From an uncultured Candidatus Saccharibacteria bacterium (GTDB lineage: Bacteria; Patescibacteriota; JAQUNI01): a stretch of DNA of 64,000 nt. The notes beneath the pieces were generated by a model. The model made no database searches, was not told the origin of the DNA, and was given only the letters and a program-made list of their open reading frames with translations. Location of the stretch: positions 120,438 to 184,437 of the forward strand of contig CAZKRD010000002.1 in the NCBI GenBank assembly GCA_964555185.1, in the 5' to 3' direction. A program made the position numbers and the translations under genes. Positions 9,242 through 19,182 of the stretch are shown here, piece by piece. Position 1 is the stretch's first letter. Every line of letters begins with the position of its first letter.

Positions 9242-11113
9242 CTAGTTGAAAAATTTAAGATACCAAAGCAGGTAGATATAAATAGCCCAGATTTTCATCG
9301 CGTGGTCTTCCCTTCCTTGGCAGTGTTCTCTGATAAGGCGAGTGAGGTAACTTTTATTTATTTCCTCCGGACAGCTTTTATGGATAAGTCCCAGTATTTC
9401 CGGGGCAAGATCAGAGATCCATTTTGCCAGAGGCAGGCCGAAACCTTTTTTGAAGCGATAAATTATTTCTTTGGGCAGATACTTTTGGGCAATTTTTTTT
9501 AAAATGTATTTTGTTTCCCGGCCCCGCACCTTATATTCAAAAGGAATTTGGGCGGCGTATTCAATCACTTCCTTATCCAAGAAAGGAGAGCGGACTTCTA
9601 AGGAATGGGCCATGCTCTGGCGGTCTACTTTGTGAAGATACATATCGGCAAGCATTAATTTAGTGTCTAAGTAGATCATTTGGTCATTAGCTTTATCTTG
9701 TTGATGGTCGCGGAGCAGGAAATCAACATCTTCTCTAAAGAGTTTGTTGTCTATTTTTTGAGCTGGAAGCAGATCATTCTTTACTTCTTGGGGCGTAAAG
9801 GGGCTGACCCAAAATTGGTTGCGGTAGCGAGGAGGGTAAGGAAGACAAGCAATAAACCTTTTCGTTTTGTAATTGAATATTTTATTTTTTGGTTTTAACG
9901 GGAGCAAGGTTGTAAGTTTAGCAGCAAGGTTGTTTTTGATCACCCGAGGGAGCAGATCATACCAGGCCGCGTAGCGATGGATATAATATTTAGGATAGCC
10001 GCCAAAGGCCTCGTCTCCCCCATCGCCGCTTAGGGCGACACTGACTTTTGTCTTGGTAAATTTTGATAAGAGGTAAGTGGGCAGGATAGAGGGTTCGGCT
10101 AAGGGCTCGTCCATTTTTTCTAATATTTCAGAAAGGATGTCAAGCACTTCTGTGACCTTGAATATTTTCAGGTGGTGATCGGTATTATATCTGCGGGCAA
10201 CTATTTGGGCAAAGTTTGATTCGTTGAATTCTTTTTCTTCGAAACCAATCGAGAAGGTCTTAAGTTTCTTGCCTTTTAAAAACTTCGACATCATCGCGAC
10301 CACGAGGCTGCTGTCTAATCCCCCGCTTAAGAAAACGCCCAAGGGTACGTCGCTTACTAATCTTTTCTCCACCGCTGCTGAAATTTTTCGCTCCAGATTA
10401 AAAACAAGTTCCTTTTCCGGAGACTTCGTTTTTGGGGTGAACTTAAGATTCCAGTATCTTTTAACCTCCAGTTTCAGATTGCGAAGATTCAATTTTAAAT
10501 AGAAGCCAGGGGGTAGGCTTTTAACATTTTTAAAAAGAGTCTGGGGAGCGGGCGTGTAGCCAAAAGAGAAATATTTGATCATTCCCCTTTCACTTATTTT
10601 TTTGGGGAAGCGAGGGAAGAGGAGGATGGATTTGATTTCCGAGGCAAAGACAAATTCTTTGTTTTGAAAATAGTAATAGAGGGGTTTCTTCCCTAATCTG
10701 TCCCGGGCAATCAGGATCTCCCGGGCGCGCTTGTCATAAATGCAAAAAGCAAACATTCCCGAGATCTGCTCTAAGAGTTTTTCTTTAGATTCTTCATAGA
10801 GATGGACTAGAACCTCGGTATCTGTCTTAGTCGAAAACAGGTGGCCTCTGCTTTCCAATTTTTTTCTTAATTTAGCAAAATCATAGATCTCTCCGTTAAA
10901 GACAACCGCGATGCTTTTATCTTCGTTATAGATCGGTTGATTGCCGCCCGCAAGGTCAATGATTGATAACCGGCGGATCCCGATTGCAAAGTTGCGATCA
11001 AAGAATTCCCCCTTCGCATCCGGGCCGCGGTGTTTGATCGCCTCCTCCATTTTAGCAAGGATTTCGATTGGCCTCCTGATTCTTTGTGAATAGAATCCTG
11101 TTATTCCGCACAT
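9242..11113 (-). CDS. asnB: Asparagine synthase-like amidotransferase (glycan-associated)
   Basis: MCGITG, HRGPD, LSGGLDSS, SGDGGDE, KKGF. Confidence 0.95.
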   Translation of the reverse strand: MCGITGFYSQRIRRPIEILAKMEEAIKHRGPDAKGEFFDRNFAIGIRRLSIIDLAGGNQPIYNEDKSIAVVFNGEIYDFAKLRKKLESRGHLFSTKTDTEVLVHLYEESKEKLLEQISGMFAFCIYDKRAREILIARDRLGKKPLYYYFQNKEFVFASEIKSILLFPRFPKKISERGMIKYFSFGYTPAPQTLFKNVKSLPPGFYLKLNLRNLKLEVKRYWNLKFTPKTKSPEKELVFNLERKISAAVEKRLVSDVPLGVFLSGGLDSSLVVAMMSKFLKGKKLKTFSIGFEEKEFNESNFAQIVARRYNTDHHLKIFKVTEVLDILSEILEKMDEPLAEPSILPTYLLSKFTKTKVSVALSGDGGDEAFGGYPKYYIHRYAAWYDLLPRVIKNNLAAKLTTLLPLKPKNKIFNYKTKRFIACLPYPPRYRNQFWVSPFTPQEVKNDLLPAQKIDNKLFREDVDFLLRDHQQDKANDQMIYLDTKLMLADMYLHKVDRQSMAHSLEVRSPFLDKEVIEYAAQIPFEYKVRGRETKYILKKIAQKYLPKEIIYRFKKGFGLPLAKWISDLAPEILGLIHKSCPEEINKSYLTRLIREHCQGREDHAMKIWAIYIYLLWYLKFFN

Positions 11114-11130
11114 AGCTTTAGTTCGATTTC

Positions 11131-11817
11131 TTAAATTTTTTTAAATTTTGCGAAGATAATCGCAAAACCTTTGCTTTTTTGGTATTCTTTATTTAACAGT
11201 TTTAGGATTTTGTTTTCAAAAAACAATTTTCTGCCAAAAAACCACTTGGCAAGATAGAGGTTATTTACTGCTAAAATTTCCCAGAAACGTCCACGCAGGC
11301 GCATATCTTGAAGCGCAAAACCGTTTTTGCGGGCCAAAGACTTTATTTCTCGTGTTGAGTAGTGACGGTGGCCAGAAAGCCACCAGGCCGGGTCAAAGGT
11401 GTTTGCTAAAAAGGATTGGTTTTGGGTCGATAAATAAAAAGACCCTTTTGGCCTTAGGACCCGACGAATTTCAGAGAACATCTTATTTTCTTTATTTTTT
11501 GGTATATGTTCAATCACTTCCCAGCTGACCACGGTGTCAAAATAATTTTGAGGGAAAGGGAGTTTGACAGCGCTCCCTGTTTTAAAGAAAACATTGTTTC
11601 TTTTAACGTTTCGGTTTGCGATCTCCAAGTTCTTTTTGGTAAGCTCTAGGCCAATGATTTTTCTGGATTCTTTCTGGGAGGCATACAATTCAAACCAGCC
11701 AAAGCCGCAGCCGATGTCCAGGATGATTTTGTTCTTGATGTCATTGTCTGCGACAAAACTTGCCGAGTATTTGGTGCGGCCGGCAAGGTTGCGAGCTGAT
11801 CCGATATTGATGTCCAT
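11131..11817 (-). CDS. Class I SAM-dependent methyltransferase
   Basis: LDIGCGFG, LPFPQNYFD, EVIEH, RRVLRPKG. Confidence 0.9.
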   Translation of the reverse strand: MDINIGSARNLAGRTKYSASFVADNDIKNKIILDIGCGFGWFELYASQKESRKIIGLELTKKNLEIANRNVKRNNVFFKTGSAVKLPFPQNYFDTVVSWEVIEHIPKNKENKMFSEIRRVLRPKGSFYLSTQNQSFLANTFDPAWWLSGHRHYSTREIKSLARKNGFALQDMRLRGRFWEILAVNNLYLAKWFFGRKLFFENKILKLLNKEYQKSKGFAIIFAKFKKI

Positions 11818-11833
11818 TGTTTTTTGGTTTTAA

Positions 11834-12862
11834 TCACCAGTTTTTACGGTCCATCATCCTGGTTTTGTGGAAAACCAGCATTTCCAGAGAACGACTGGCG
11901 TAGATAAATAGAGTAATTAAACAGGCGATTGGATGGAAAAACCAAGCAGAATTTGGTTTTTTAGAGTAACCCCTGATTGCTTGCAGGCAGGTGGGAAAGA
12001 CAAGAGAGGAATAAAGGCAAAATTTGAATATCTTAGAGAGGCTTTTTTTGCTGGCCCAAGGGTAGACTCTTTTGTCGTTACCCTTGTTTTTGAAGTGCAG
12101 GAAATCAAGAATCCTTCTGGTTTGTTTACGGCAAAAGGTTTTTAAGTTCGGCGCATAAAGGTGATAAATACCCACATCTACTTTAGCAAAAGATTTGTGC
12201 TGGTTTACTGCCAGATCATAAGTGGCGTCAATATCAAAAAAGTAATCCTCTTTTGCATATTTTTCTACAGCTTTCTTCCTTACTAAAAAGCCGTTTGCTC
12301 CAATGGTGGGAAACTCGTCCCCGAGAGCTGCAACCTTAAGATATCTATCTTTTTTCTTTTGGCTTACTTTAATCCCGGTCCATTTGCCGGTTAGATAGTT
12401 GAAGCGATCATAATTTCCCAGAAACATACAGAGGGGGTCGTTTGCGCCGATTAACGAGCAGTACTGGTTGATTAGGCCCTCTTTTTTTCGGGTGTCATAT
12501 CTTAATGGCTCTGATCCTGTGATTTCTGGGTCGCGGAAGGGCCTGGTCATTTTAAGAAGCCAGTCCGGCCTGGGCAGAATATTGTCCGAGTCAATAAGCA
12601 GGATTAATTCGTTTTTCGCATTGTCAATCCCGGTTGCTTTTCCAGCTTCAGAAGTTTTAAGCGGGTTTTTGATTATCCGGGCGCGGAAACTTTTGGCAAT
12701 TTCTAAAGTGCTGTCAGTTGACCCTCCGTCTACAATAATAATCTCGATTAAATCCGGGGGGTAATCTTGTTTTTGGACAGAAGACAAAGACTCGCGCAAG
12801 GTGCGCGATGCGTTGAGGGTTGGCATAACCACGGATATTGAGGGGAGGTTTTTTAGCCGCAT
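11834..12862 (-). CDS. Glycosyltransferase family 2
   Basis: SVVMPTLN, VDGGSTD, IDSD. Confidence 0.9.
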   Translation of the reverse strand: MRLKNLPSISVVMPTLNASRTLRESLSSVQKQDYPPDLIEIIIVDGGSTDSTLEIAKSFRARIIKNPLKTSEAGKATGIDNAKNELILLIDSDNILPRPDWLLKMTRPFRDPEITGSEPLRYDTRKKEGLINQYCSLIGANDPLCMFLGNYDRFNYLTGKWTGIKVSQKKKDRYLKVAALGDEFPTIGANGFLVRKKAVEKYAKEDYFFDIDATYDLAVNQHKSFAKVDVGIYHLYAPNLKTFCRKQTRRILDFLHFKNKGNDKRVYPWASKKSLSKIFKFCLYSSLVFPTCLQAIRGYSKKPNSAWFFHPIACLITLFIYASRSLEMLVFHKTRMMDRKNW

Positions 12863-12904
12863 TTTACTCTTTAAGATAAAAAAAGAAGAGGACTTGAAGA
12901 GGAC

Positions 12905-13720
12905 TTAGAGAAAGGCGTCCTCTAGAGCGCGGGGGCAGGGGCAGGTTCGCCGCCCAGGGATAGATTCAATCATTTTAAGGATTAGTTTTTTAACCCTTTG
13001 CTCATTCTTTTTGAAAACCCGCAAAACCTCCTCCGCGGTTACGGGCTTTATATTTTGATACCCAGCAAGCCCTGTATCGTAATCCGTGATCAGAGCGACA
13101 TTAAGATAACAGATGGAAAGCTCACGTGCCAGAATTACTTCTGGGTAGGCGGTCATATTAATTACCTCCCAAGCCTGATCCTGAAACCATCTGCTTTCTG
13201 ATTTTGTCGAAAACCTGGGACCGGCAATCACCACGATCGTTCCTTTCTGATGATGGGGGATTTTTAGATTCTCGCAGGCTTTGTTTGCCACTTTCCGTAA
13301 GACTGGACAGTAAGGGTCGGCAGCGGAGATGTGGGCTGTTTGCGGGCCGTCAAAGAAAGTGTCAACTCGATTTTTGGTACGGTCAACAAATTGGTCGCAG
13401 ATCACAAAATCACCAGGTTTTACTTTCGGGTTCAGACTCCCACAAGCGCAGGGAGCAATAATTTGTTTCACGCCCAGTTTTTTCATCGCCCAAAGATTAG
13501 CGCGATAAGGGATTTTGTGGGGCGGTAGGGTATGGTTTTTACCGTGCCGCGGCAGGAAGGCAAGCCTTTTTCCTTTGTATTCGCCCAAGGTAATTTTGTC
13601 TGACGGCTTGCCATAGGGAGTGTCTACTTCTATTTTTTGCGGTTTTTGGAGCAGACTGTATAGTCCTGAACCGCCGAAGATACCGATATTAGCTTTGGCT
13701 TTTTTTGGTTTTGCAGACAT
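12905..13720 (-). CDS. mtnP: S-methyl-5'-thioadenosine phosphorylase
   Basis: GIFGGSG, TPYG.PS, PRHG, YRAN, GPRFST.SE, NMT..PE, TDYD. Confidence 0.93.
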   Translation of the reverse strand: MSAKPKKAKANIGIFGGSGLYSLLQKPQKIEVDTPYGKPSDKITLGEYKGKRLAFLPRHGKNHTLPPHKIPYRANLWAMKKLGVKQIIAPCACGSLNPKVKPGDFVICDQFVDRTKNRVDTFFDGPQTAHISAADPYCPVLRKVANKACENLKIPHHQKGTIVVIAGPRFSTKSESRWFQDQAWEVINMTAYPEVILARELSICYLNVALITDYDTGLAGYQNIKPVTAEEVLRVFKKNEQRVKKLILKMIESIPGRRTCPCPRALEDAFL

Positions 13721-13730
13721 ACTGGCTATT

Positions 13731-13819
13731 TAATGTCAAATTTCAAAATCCAAATGACCAAAATTTGGCATTTGACATTTAGATTTGATTTGACATTTAT
13801 CATTTGAAATTTGAAATTT
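13731..13819. repeat. Heptamer-periodic inverted-repeat element (TGTCAAA/TTTGACA type)
   Basis: A-rich arm aatgtcaaatttcaaa... followed by T-rich arm ...tttgacattt...tttgaaatttgaaatt; related inverted copy at 50737-50816. Confidence 0.7.
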
Positions 13820-13827
13820 ATTAACGG

Positions 13828-14346
13828 TTAGCTTTCAAATTTCAACAAAACGTGTTTTTTGTATCCTTTAATCTTCTTATATCCTTTTAGACTTAGCAAT
13901 TCTCCTAGGAGCGCAATGCCGATAATTTTAGCACCAAGTCTTTTAATAATTTTGATTGTTGCCTTGAGAGTATTCCCGGTCGCGAGAACATCATCAACAA
14001 TCAAAACCCTCTCCTCTGGTTTAATCGTGTCTTGGTGCATTTCCAAAACATCTTTGGCGTATTCATAGCTGTATTGTTCGCGAAGACACTTAAAAGGCAG
14101 TTTTCCTTTTTTGCGGACAATCGAGATGCCGGTTTTGAGTTTGTAGGCCACACCAGAAGCAAGTAGGAATCCTCGCGCATCAATGCCAACCACTTTTTGA
14201 ATTTTGGAATACTGAAAAGGCCTGGCCAGAGCGTTGATTGTATAGTGATAAACTCGAGCGTCTTCTAAGAGTGGCGTAATGTCTTTGAAACTTATTCCTT
14301 TCTTGGGAAAATCAGGGATTACCCTGATATATTTTTCTAGATTCAT
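13828..14346 (-). CDS. apt: Adenine phosphoribosyltransferase
   Basis: IPDFPKKGISFKDITPLL, DARGF, RKKGKLP, VDDVLATGNT. Confidence 0.95.
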   Translation of the reverse strand: MNLEKYIRVIPDFPKKGISFKDITPLLEDARVYHYTINALARPFQYSKIQKVVGIDARGFLLASGVAYKLKTGISIVRKKGKLPFKCLREQYSYEYAKDVLEMHQDTIKPEERVLIVDDVLATGNTLKATIKIIKRLGAKIIGIALLGELLSLKGYKKIKGYKKHVLLKFES

Positions 14347-14431
14347 AATCTGTAAATTAGAAATGACTAATGCCCAAAATCCCAATTGGTAATTTTAGAT
14401 TTAATGAGAAGTTTCGTTAAGATCCTATATT

Positions 14432-14857
14432 TTACCCTGTATCTCTAAAGACATCAAATTTTTTGTAGGCTCGAAAGATTAAGAAGTAGGAAAGGGTTTT
14501 AAGGTGGTTCCCGATATCATCAAGGATAAGATGAAGGGTTAGACCAGAAGATAATCCAATTAGGATAGGGTTCCATTCTTTGTAATAGGTCAGAAGCCAG
14601 AGCAGTAATAGTAGTTCATAAGAATGAAGAGGAACATATGCCTTGTGGTTTTTTCGGCGCATGTAATTTTCAGTCAAGAAAAAGTCTTTGAGATTGAAAT
14701 ATCTGTCAGGCCGTGAGATCAAGAAATCAAGGATGTGGTCAAGATCAATAAAGATGCCGGAAAGAATCACTGCTAAACTCGCTGCTGTTGATTTTAGGAA
14801 ATAGTAGATTACGAGAGCTAAGACTACTGAAGAAAGGATATGGGTTCTTGGCTTCAT
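14432..14857 (-). CDS. Membrane-bound metal-dependent hydrolase-like protein (YdjM-like)
   Basis: TH, DLDH, HSYE, HL.LD metal motifs in a hydrophobic protein. Confidence 0.6.
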   Translation of the reverse strand: MKPRTHILSSVVLALVIYYFLKSTAASLAVILSGIFIDLDHILDFLISRPDRYFNLKDFFLTENYMRRKNHKAYVPLHSYELLLLLWLLTYYKEWNPILIGLSSGLTLHLILDDIGNHLKTLSYFLIFRAYKKFDVFRDTG

Positions 14858-14866
14858 TATTTTGTT

Positions 14867-16342
14867 TTAGGTTTTTGTTTTTTTAAAGTCAATAAGATGG
14901 CCAATGACGGCTTTCGCTCCCCGGCCAAAGTATCTAAGATCGTCAAGATTACGGATTGAGATCACTTGGCGGAAGATAAATTCGGGATCAAAGGCTACCC
15001 TATAGGTTTTTTGGACTAATTCTTGCAGTTTTTCCTCTGAGATTGGACTTTTCATAATCGCTTCACGCATATCGTAGCGATTCCAGTCCAAGGTCTTAAG
15101 CCAGCCCCGCTCTTTGCATTCTGAAAAAAGCGGGGTGCCTGGATAAGGAATCACGATTGTTGCCTGCAGGGTTTTGGCATACCCTTTGCGTAAGAGGTAA
15201 CAGCCCAATTTCATAGTTGCGCGTGCGTCTTCCTCTTTTTCCCAAGAGTAACCGAACATAATGGTTAAGTGAGGAGAGAGTCCGGCTTTAGCCGCCCTTC
15301 GGCAAGACTTTATAATTTTCTCGACGGTCATATTTTTATTGATTCTATCTAAGGTTTTCTGGCTGGCCGATTCCAAACCAAAGAGCAGAAAACGGAAGCC
15401 CGCTTCTCTCATTAATTGATAGCCTTTGCTATCCACAGCGTCAAACCGTAGATTACAATCCAAGACCATTTTTTGATTGTAACCCTTTTTGATCATCCCT
15501 TGACAGAAGCTTTGAAGCCATTTTCCTGTTGGTAGAGTGCCGGAGTCTTCCATAATTTCTCGGACACCTAAATTAATTAATCTGCCCACTTCTTCTACGG
15601 CCAATTCCGGACTTCTTGTTCTGTGAGTCCCTGGTGGAAAAAGAATGTGATTCCAGGAACAGAAAGTACACTTGCCCCACCAGCAGTCGCGGCCGCTCAT
15701 CATATAAGTACCGGGCGTGCGTGAGAAATTGCCATTCTGATAAGCATAGAGTTGCCATTTGGTCAGTTCGCGGTCAATAAAAGGGAGAGAGTCAAGGTTG
15801 TGATTTAATTGAAAAGGGCCTGTGTTTTTAATCTTTCCGTTTTCGCGAAACCAAAAGCCAGGTTTAAGCTCCTTCCCTTTCGAAAGATGATTAGCAAGAT
15901 TTAAGAGCATAAAGTCATAGTCGCCGCCGGTTAGGATATAGTCAACAGAAGAGTTCTCCAAGGATTCTTTAGGTAAAGATGTAACATGGTCACCCATCAG
16001 GGTAATTTCCAATTTCCAATTTCCAATTTCCAAATTTTTCTTTTTCAATTCGTCAATTATTTTCCAGTGATGCTTTACGGTTGGAGTTTTGGTTTCAATC
16101 GCGACGAGATCGGGTTTTTCTTTCAATATCCTTTTTTTCCATTCAGGGTAACTTAATTTTTCCGCGATACCGTCATCCCAAAAAATACCATACCCTTCTT
16201 TTTTTAACAGAGTAGCGGCATAGGCCGGCACCATTGGATAGATATAGGTGCAGGAGGAAAAAGTCTGATATTGCCGGTTTTGGCCGATCATCGGCGTCCC
16301 TTGTATTTTCGGCAGGGGTGGATAAGATATCGCAATTTTCAT
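14867..16342 (-). CDS. B12-binding domain radical SAM protein
   Basis: GDHVT, GGDYD, RDCWWGKCTFC, GLESAS, PYPGT. Confidence 0.9.
   Translation of the reverse strand: MKIAISYPPLPKIQGTPMIGQNRQYQTFSSCTYIYPMVPAYAATLLKKEGYGIFWDDGIAEKLSYPEWKKRILKEKPDLVAIETKTPTVKHHWKIIDELKKKNLEIGNWKLEITLMGDHVTSLPKESLENSSVDYILTGGDYDFMLLNLANHLSKGKELKPGFWFRENGKIKNTGPFQLNHNLDSLPFIDRELTKWQLYAYQNGNFSRTPGTYMMSGRDCWWGKCTFCSWNHILFPPGTHRTRSPELAVEEVGRLINLGVREIMEDSGTLPTGKWLQSFCQGMIKKGYNQKMVLDCNLRFDAVDSKGYQLMREAGFRFLLFGLESASQKTLDRINKNMTVEKIIKSCRRAAKAGLSPHLTIMFGYSWEKEEDARATMKLGCYLLRKGYAKTLQATIVIPYPGTPLFSECKERGWLKTLDWNRYDMREAIMKSPISEEKLQELVQKTYRVAFDPEFIFRQVISIRNLDDLRYFGRGAKAVIGHLIDFKKTKT
16004..16031. repeat. (AATTTCC)x4 heptamer tract inside a CDS
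   Basis: Four exact tandem copies, translated as LEIGNWKLEI. Confidence 0.85.
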
Positions 16343-17334
16343 TGATTTATTTCTCTCAAAGCGCTTTTTAGTTTTTTAGTGAAGATCAATCCTTGCAGGA
16401 AGCGCGCGCCATAGACAAGGTGGGTTAAGAAAACATATGGTATCGTTAACAAACCCACGGCTGGATTTTTTTCTTGGATCGTAGTAGCGATTACAGAGAT
16501 TAAGATTCCGAGACCATAGATTAGCCACAAGATCATTAAGAAATAGGAAAATAGAGAGTGCGGAGAGAGTGAGATCAAAACTAAACTTAGAAGCAGAAAG
16601 ATTAAGAAAAAGCTAGGGAGAAAATAGGAGATTTTCAATGAAGTTTCTGGAAATTTTTTGGCAAAAAAACCGCGGTGCAGACCATAACCCCCGATTTGTT
16701 TTAAATGGGCAAAGAGATTTTTGCGGCGGTGGTGGTAGGTTACCACCTTTGGATCGTAAACGATCTTACCGCCTTTTTTTATTATATTAAGACAGAGTTC
16801 AGTGTCTTCCCCGGGCCAGTATTTGGTTTTAAATCCTCTTAATTCTTCAAATTTTTTCTTGCGGATAAAAAAATTCACTGAAGGCCAGTCATAGATCATC
16901 TTTTTTTTCTTTCCGGGCAAATAGCGATCGCGAGCAGGGCCTGAAACCATAAAAGCGGAAAGACAAGCGCCAGAAGTTTTTTGGAGGATGCTGTCAGAAG
17001 GCGGAGTGATTGCTGGCCCGCCTAAGGCCGTGACTCTGCTGTTCTCGAAGTTTTTAGAGGCTCGGGAGAGCCAATCACGTTTTGGATAAGCATCGTCATC
17101 CAAAAAAGCCAGAATTTTTCCTCGAGTATGTTTTAGGGCGAAATTTCTTTTTTCTGCCGGCCCGATTTTTTCGGTTGGAATGATTTTTGTTTTCGGGAAT
17201 CCGTCTTTGGATTTTTTGTCTGGAAAGATCAGAATTTCAAAATTTTGATAATCAAGATTCAAGATATGGCGAATCGATTCGTGGATATAATCATTAATTT
17301 TAACAACCGGGATGATAATCGAGAACTTATACAT
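16339..17334 (-). CDS. Glycosyltransferase family 2 with C-terminal TM helices
   Basis: SIIIPV, FLDDD, GEDTE. Confidence 0.9.
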   Translation of the reverse strand: MYKFSIIIPVVKINDYIHESIRHILNLDYQNFEILIFPDKKSKDGFPKTKIIPTEKIGPAEKRNFALKHTRGKILAFLDDDAYPKRDWLSRASKNFENSRVTALGGPAITPPSDSILQKTSGACLSAFMVSGPARDRYLPGKKKKMIYDWPSVNFFIRKKKFEELRGFKTKYWPGEDTELCLNIIKKGGKIVYDPKVVTYHHRRKNLFAHLKQIGGYGLHRGFFAKKFPETSLKISYFLPSFFLIFLLLSLVLISLSPHSLFSYFLMILWLIYGLGILISVIATTIQEKNPAVGLLTIPYVFLTHLVYGARFLQGLIFTKKLKSALREINQ

Positions 17335-17335
17335 T

Positions 17336-17452
17336 TAGTTCAAAGTTTAAAGTTCAAAATTCAAAGTTTAGTTCAAAATTCAAAGTTTTTAGTTTCACAA
17401 CTTTAAACTTTTGACTGTAATTTTTAACTTTTCACTTTGTACTTTGAACTGT
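17336..17452. repeat. Heptamer-periodic inverted-repeat element (TTCAAAG/CTTTGAA type)
   Basis: agttcaaag... arm and complementary ...ctttgaact arm. Confidence 0.7.
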
Positions 17453-17458
17453 TGAATT

Positions 17459-18409
17459 TCAGCGAGTCTGTGGCTGTTGAAAGTATTTAATTGTCCTTTT
17501 CAAGCCTTGATCTAATCCTACCTTTGGTTCCCATTTCAGTTTCTTGCGGGCCAGGGTGATGTCTGGTTTTCTCTTGGTCGGATCGTCTTGGGGTAGGGGC
17601 AAAAATTTAATTTTAGAGCGCGAACCCGTTAGTTTAATAATTTTCTTTGCCAGATCAATGATTTTGGTTTCTTTGGGATTGCCGAGATTAAAGGGTCCAA
17701 CTTCATCGCTTTGCATCATTTTAATAAGACCAGAGACTAAATCGTCAACATAAGAAAAGGAGCGGGTTTGCTCTCCTTTACCATAGACAGTCAGGGGTTC
17801 TCCTTTTAAAGCCTGATTAACAAAATTAGGGATTACCCGTCCGTCATTTACCCGCATCCGAGGACCATAGGTATTAAAGATCCGAACCATCTTAGCCTTT
17901 ACTTTATACTTGCGGATATAATTCATAACCAGACTTTCGGCAAAACGTTTGCCCTCATCATAACAGGAACGGAGGCCCAAGGTATTGACATAGCCTCGGT
18001 AGCTTTCTTTTTGAGGGTGGACTTGAGGGTCGCCGTAAATCTCGGAAGTAGAAGCGTGGAGCACGGTCGCCTGGTGTTCCATTGAGAGATCCAATATGTG
18101 GTTTAGACCTTCTGAACAGACCTTTAGGATTTTAATCGGATAGCGTGGGAAATCAACAGGCGAAGCTGGACAGGCTAGATTATAGATTTGGCCTATTTTA
18201 TCGGGCAGGGGCGGAATCCCTTCGGTGATGTTATGATCAATAAAAATAAAGTTGGGATTAGAAAGTAAACCCTCGATATTTTGATAAGACCCTGTTAGGA
18301 GATTGTCCACGCAGATTATTCTATTGTTTTTGATCAATTTGCGGACTAAGTGCGAGCCAATAAAACCCGCGCCGCCAGTAATCAGGATTGTTTTTTTAGA
18401 TTTAGGCAT
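17459..18409 (-). CDS. UDP-glucuronate decarboxylase (UDP-xylose synthase)
   Basis: GGAGFIGSH, LACPASP, STSEIYGDP, CYDEGKR, RIFNTYGPRM, DGRV. Confidence 0.93.
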   Translation of the reverse strand: MPKSKKTILITGGAGFIGSHLVRKLIKNNRIICVDNLLTGSYQNIEGLLSNPNFIFIDHNITEGIPPLPDKIGQIYNLACPASPVDFPRYPIKILKVCSEGLNHILDLSMEHQATVLHASTSEIYGDPQVHPQKESYRGYVNTLGLRSCYDEGKRFAESLVMNYIRKYKVKAKMVRIFNTYGPRMRVNDGRVIPNFVNQALKGEPLTVYGKGEQTRSFSYVDDLVSGLIKMMQSDEVGPFNLGNPKETKIIDLAKKIIKLTGSRSKIKFLPLPQDDPTKRKPDITLARKKLKWEPKVGLDQGLKRTIKYFQQPQTR

Positions 18410-18420
18410 AATGTTAAGAT

Positions 18421-19182
18421 TTAAGATTTATTATATTTTCTTATCATCTTTTCCCGTATTGCTTTAGGTTTATCATAAAACTTCAAAATTTTCAAGCGAT
18501 AGAAGACTGCTAAGGTATCGCGCAAAGATTTGTTTATCGAGCTCAATTTTATTGAACTGTGGCCAAAGTCCATTTTGAGATTTACTGGAATCTCCATAAT
18601 CTTATAGCGATAGTGGTGCGCTAGCGCCAAAAGCTCAATATCAAAGGCATAGGCTTTGACCAGGACCCTGGGGAAGATCCTAGAGAGCGCCTCTCTTTCA
18701 AAAAGTTTTAGCCCTACCTGACTGTCCTTGACCTTCATTTGGAAAAGAAGCTTAATTAGAGCTTGTGCTGATCGACTTAAAAACCGACGGCTAAGAGGGT
18801 AGATCACTTGAGAGTCAGGGTGCCTTTTTGAACCAATAATAACTGGTGTTTTATATTTCTGATAATATTCAAGGATTTCTTTGATATGAATAGGGTCAAA
18901 CTCCAAGCCAGCATCAAAGAAAATAATCAGATCACCTTGTGTTTGAGCAAATCCATACTTTAGGGCATAGCCCTTCCCTCTATTTTGAGGATAACCCAAG
19001 ATTTTGGTCTGGCTGCTGCGGTAATCCGAGGCCACCTTGAAGGTGTTGTCCTCCTTTCCATCGCAGATCACGATAATTTCCCAAAAATAAGGGAGGGTTT
19101 TTAGCAGGTTTTGCACCGCCTCAATGGTTTGGGCGATTTTACCCTCTTCGTTATAGGCAGGGATTAGGATTGAGACTTTCAT
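18421..19182 (-). CDS. GT2 polyprenol-phosphate glycosyltransferase-like
   Basis: IPAYNEE, NRGKG.A, GSKRH, DSQVGLK, FDIE. Confidence 0.88.
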   Translation of the reverse strand: MKVSILIPAYNEEGKIAQTIEAVQNLLKTLPYFWEIIVICDGKEDNTFKVASDYRSSQTKILGYPQNRGKGYALKYGFAQTQGDLIIFFDAGLEFDPIHIKEILEYYQKYKTPVIIGSKRHPDSQVIYPLSRRFLSRSAQALIKLLFQMKVKDSQVGLKLFEREALSRIFPRVLVKAYAFDIELLALAHHYRYKIMEIPVNLKMDFGHSSIKLSSINKSLRDTLAVFYRLKILKFYDKPKAIREKMIRKYNKS

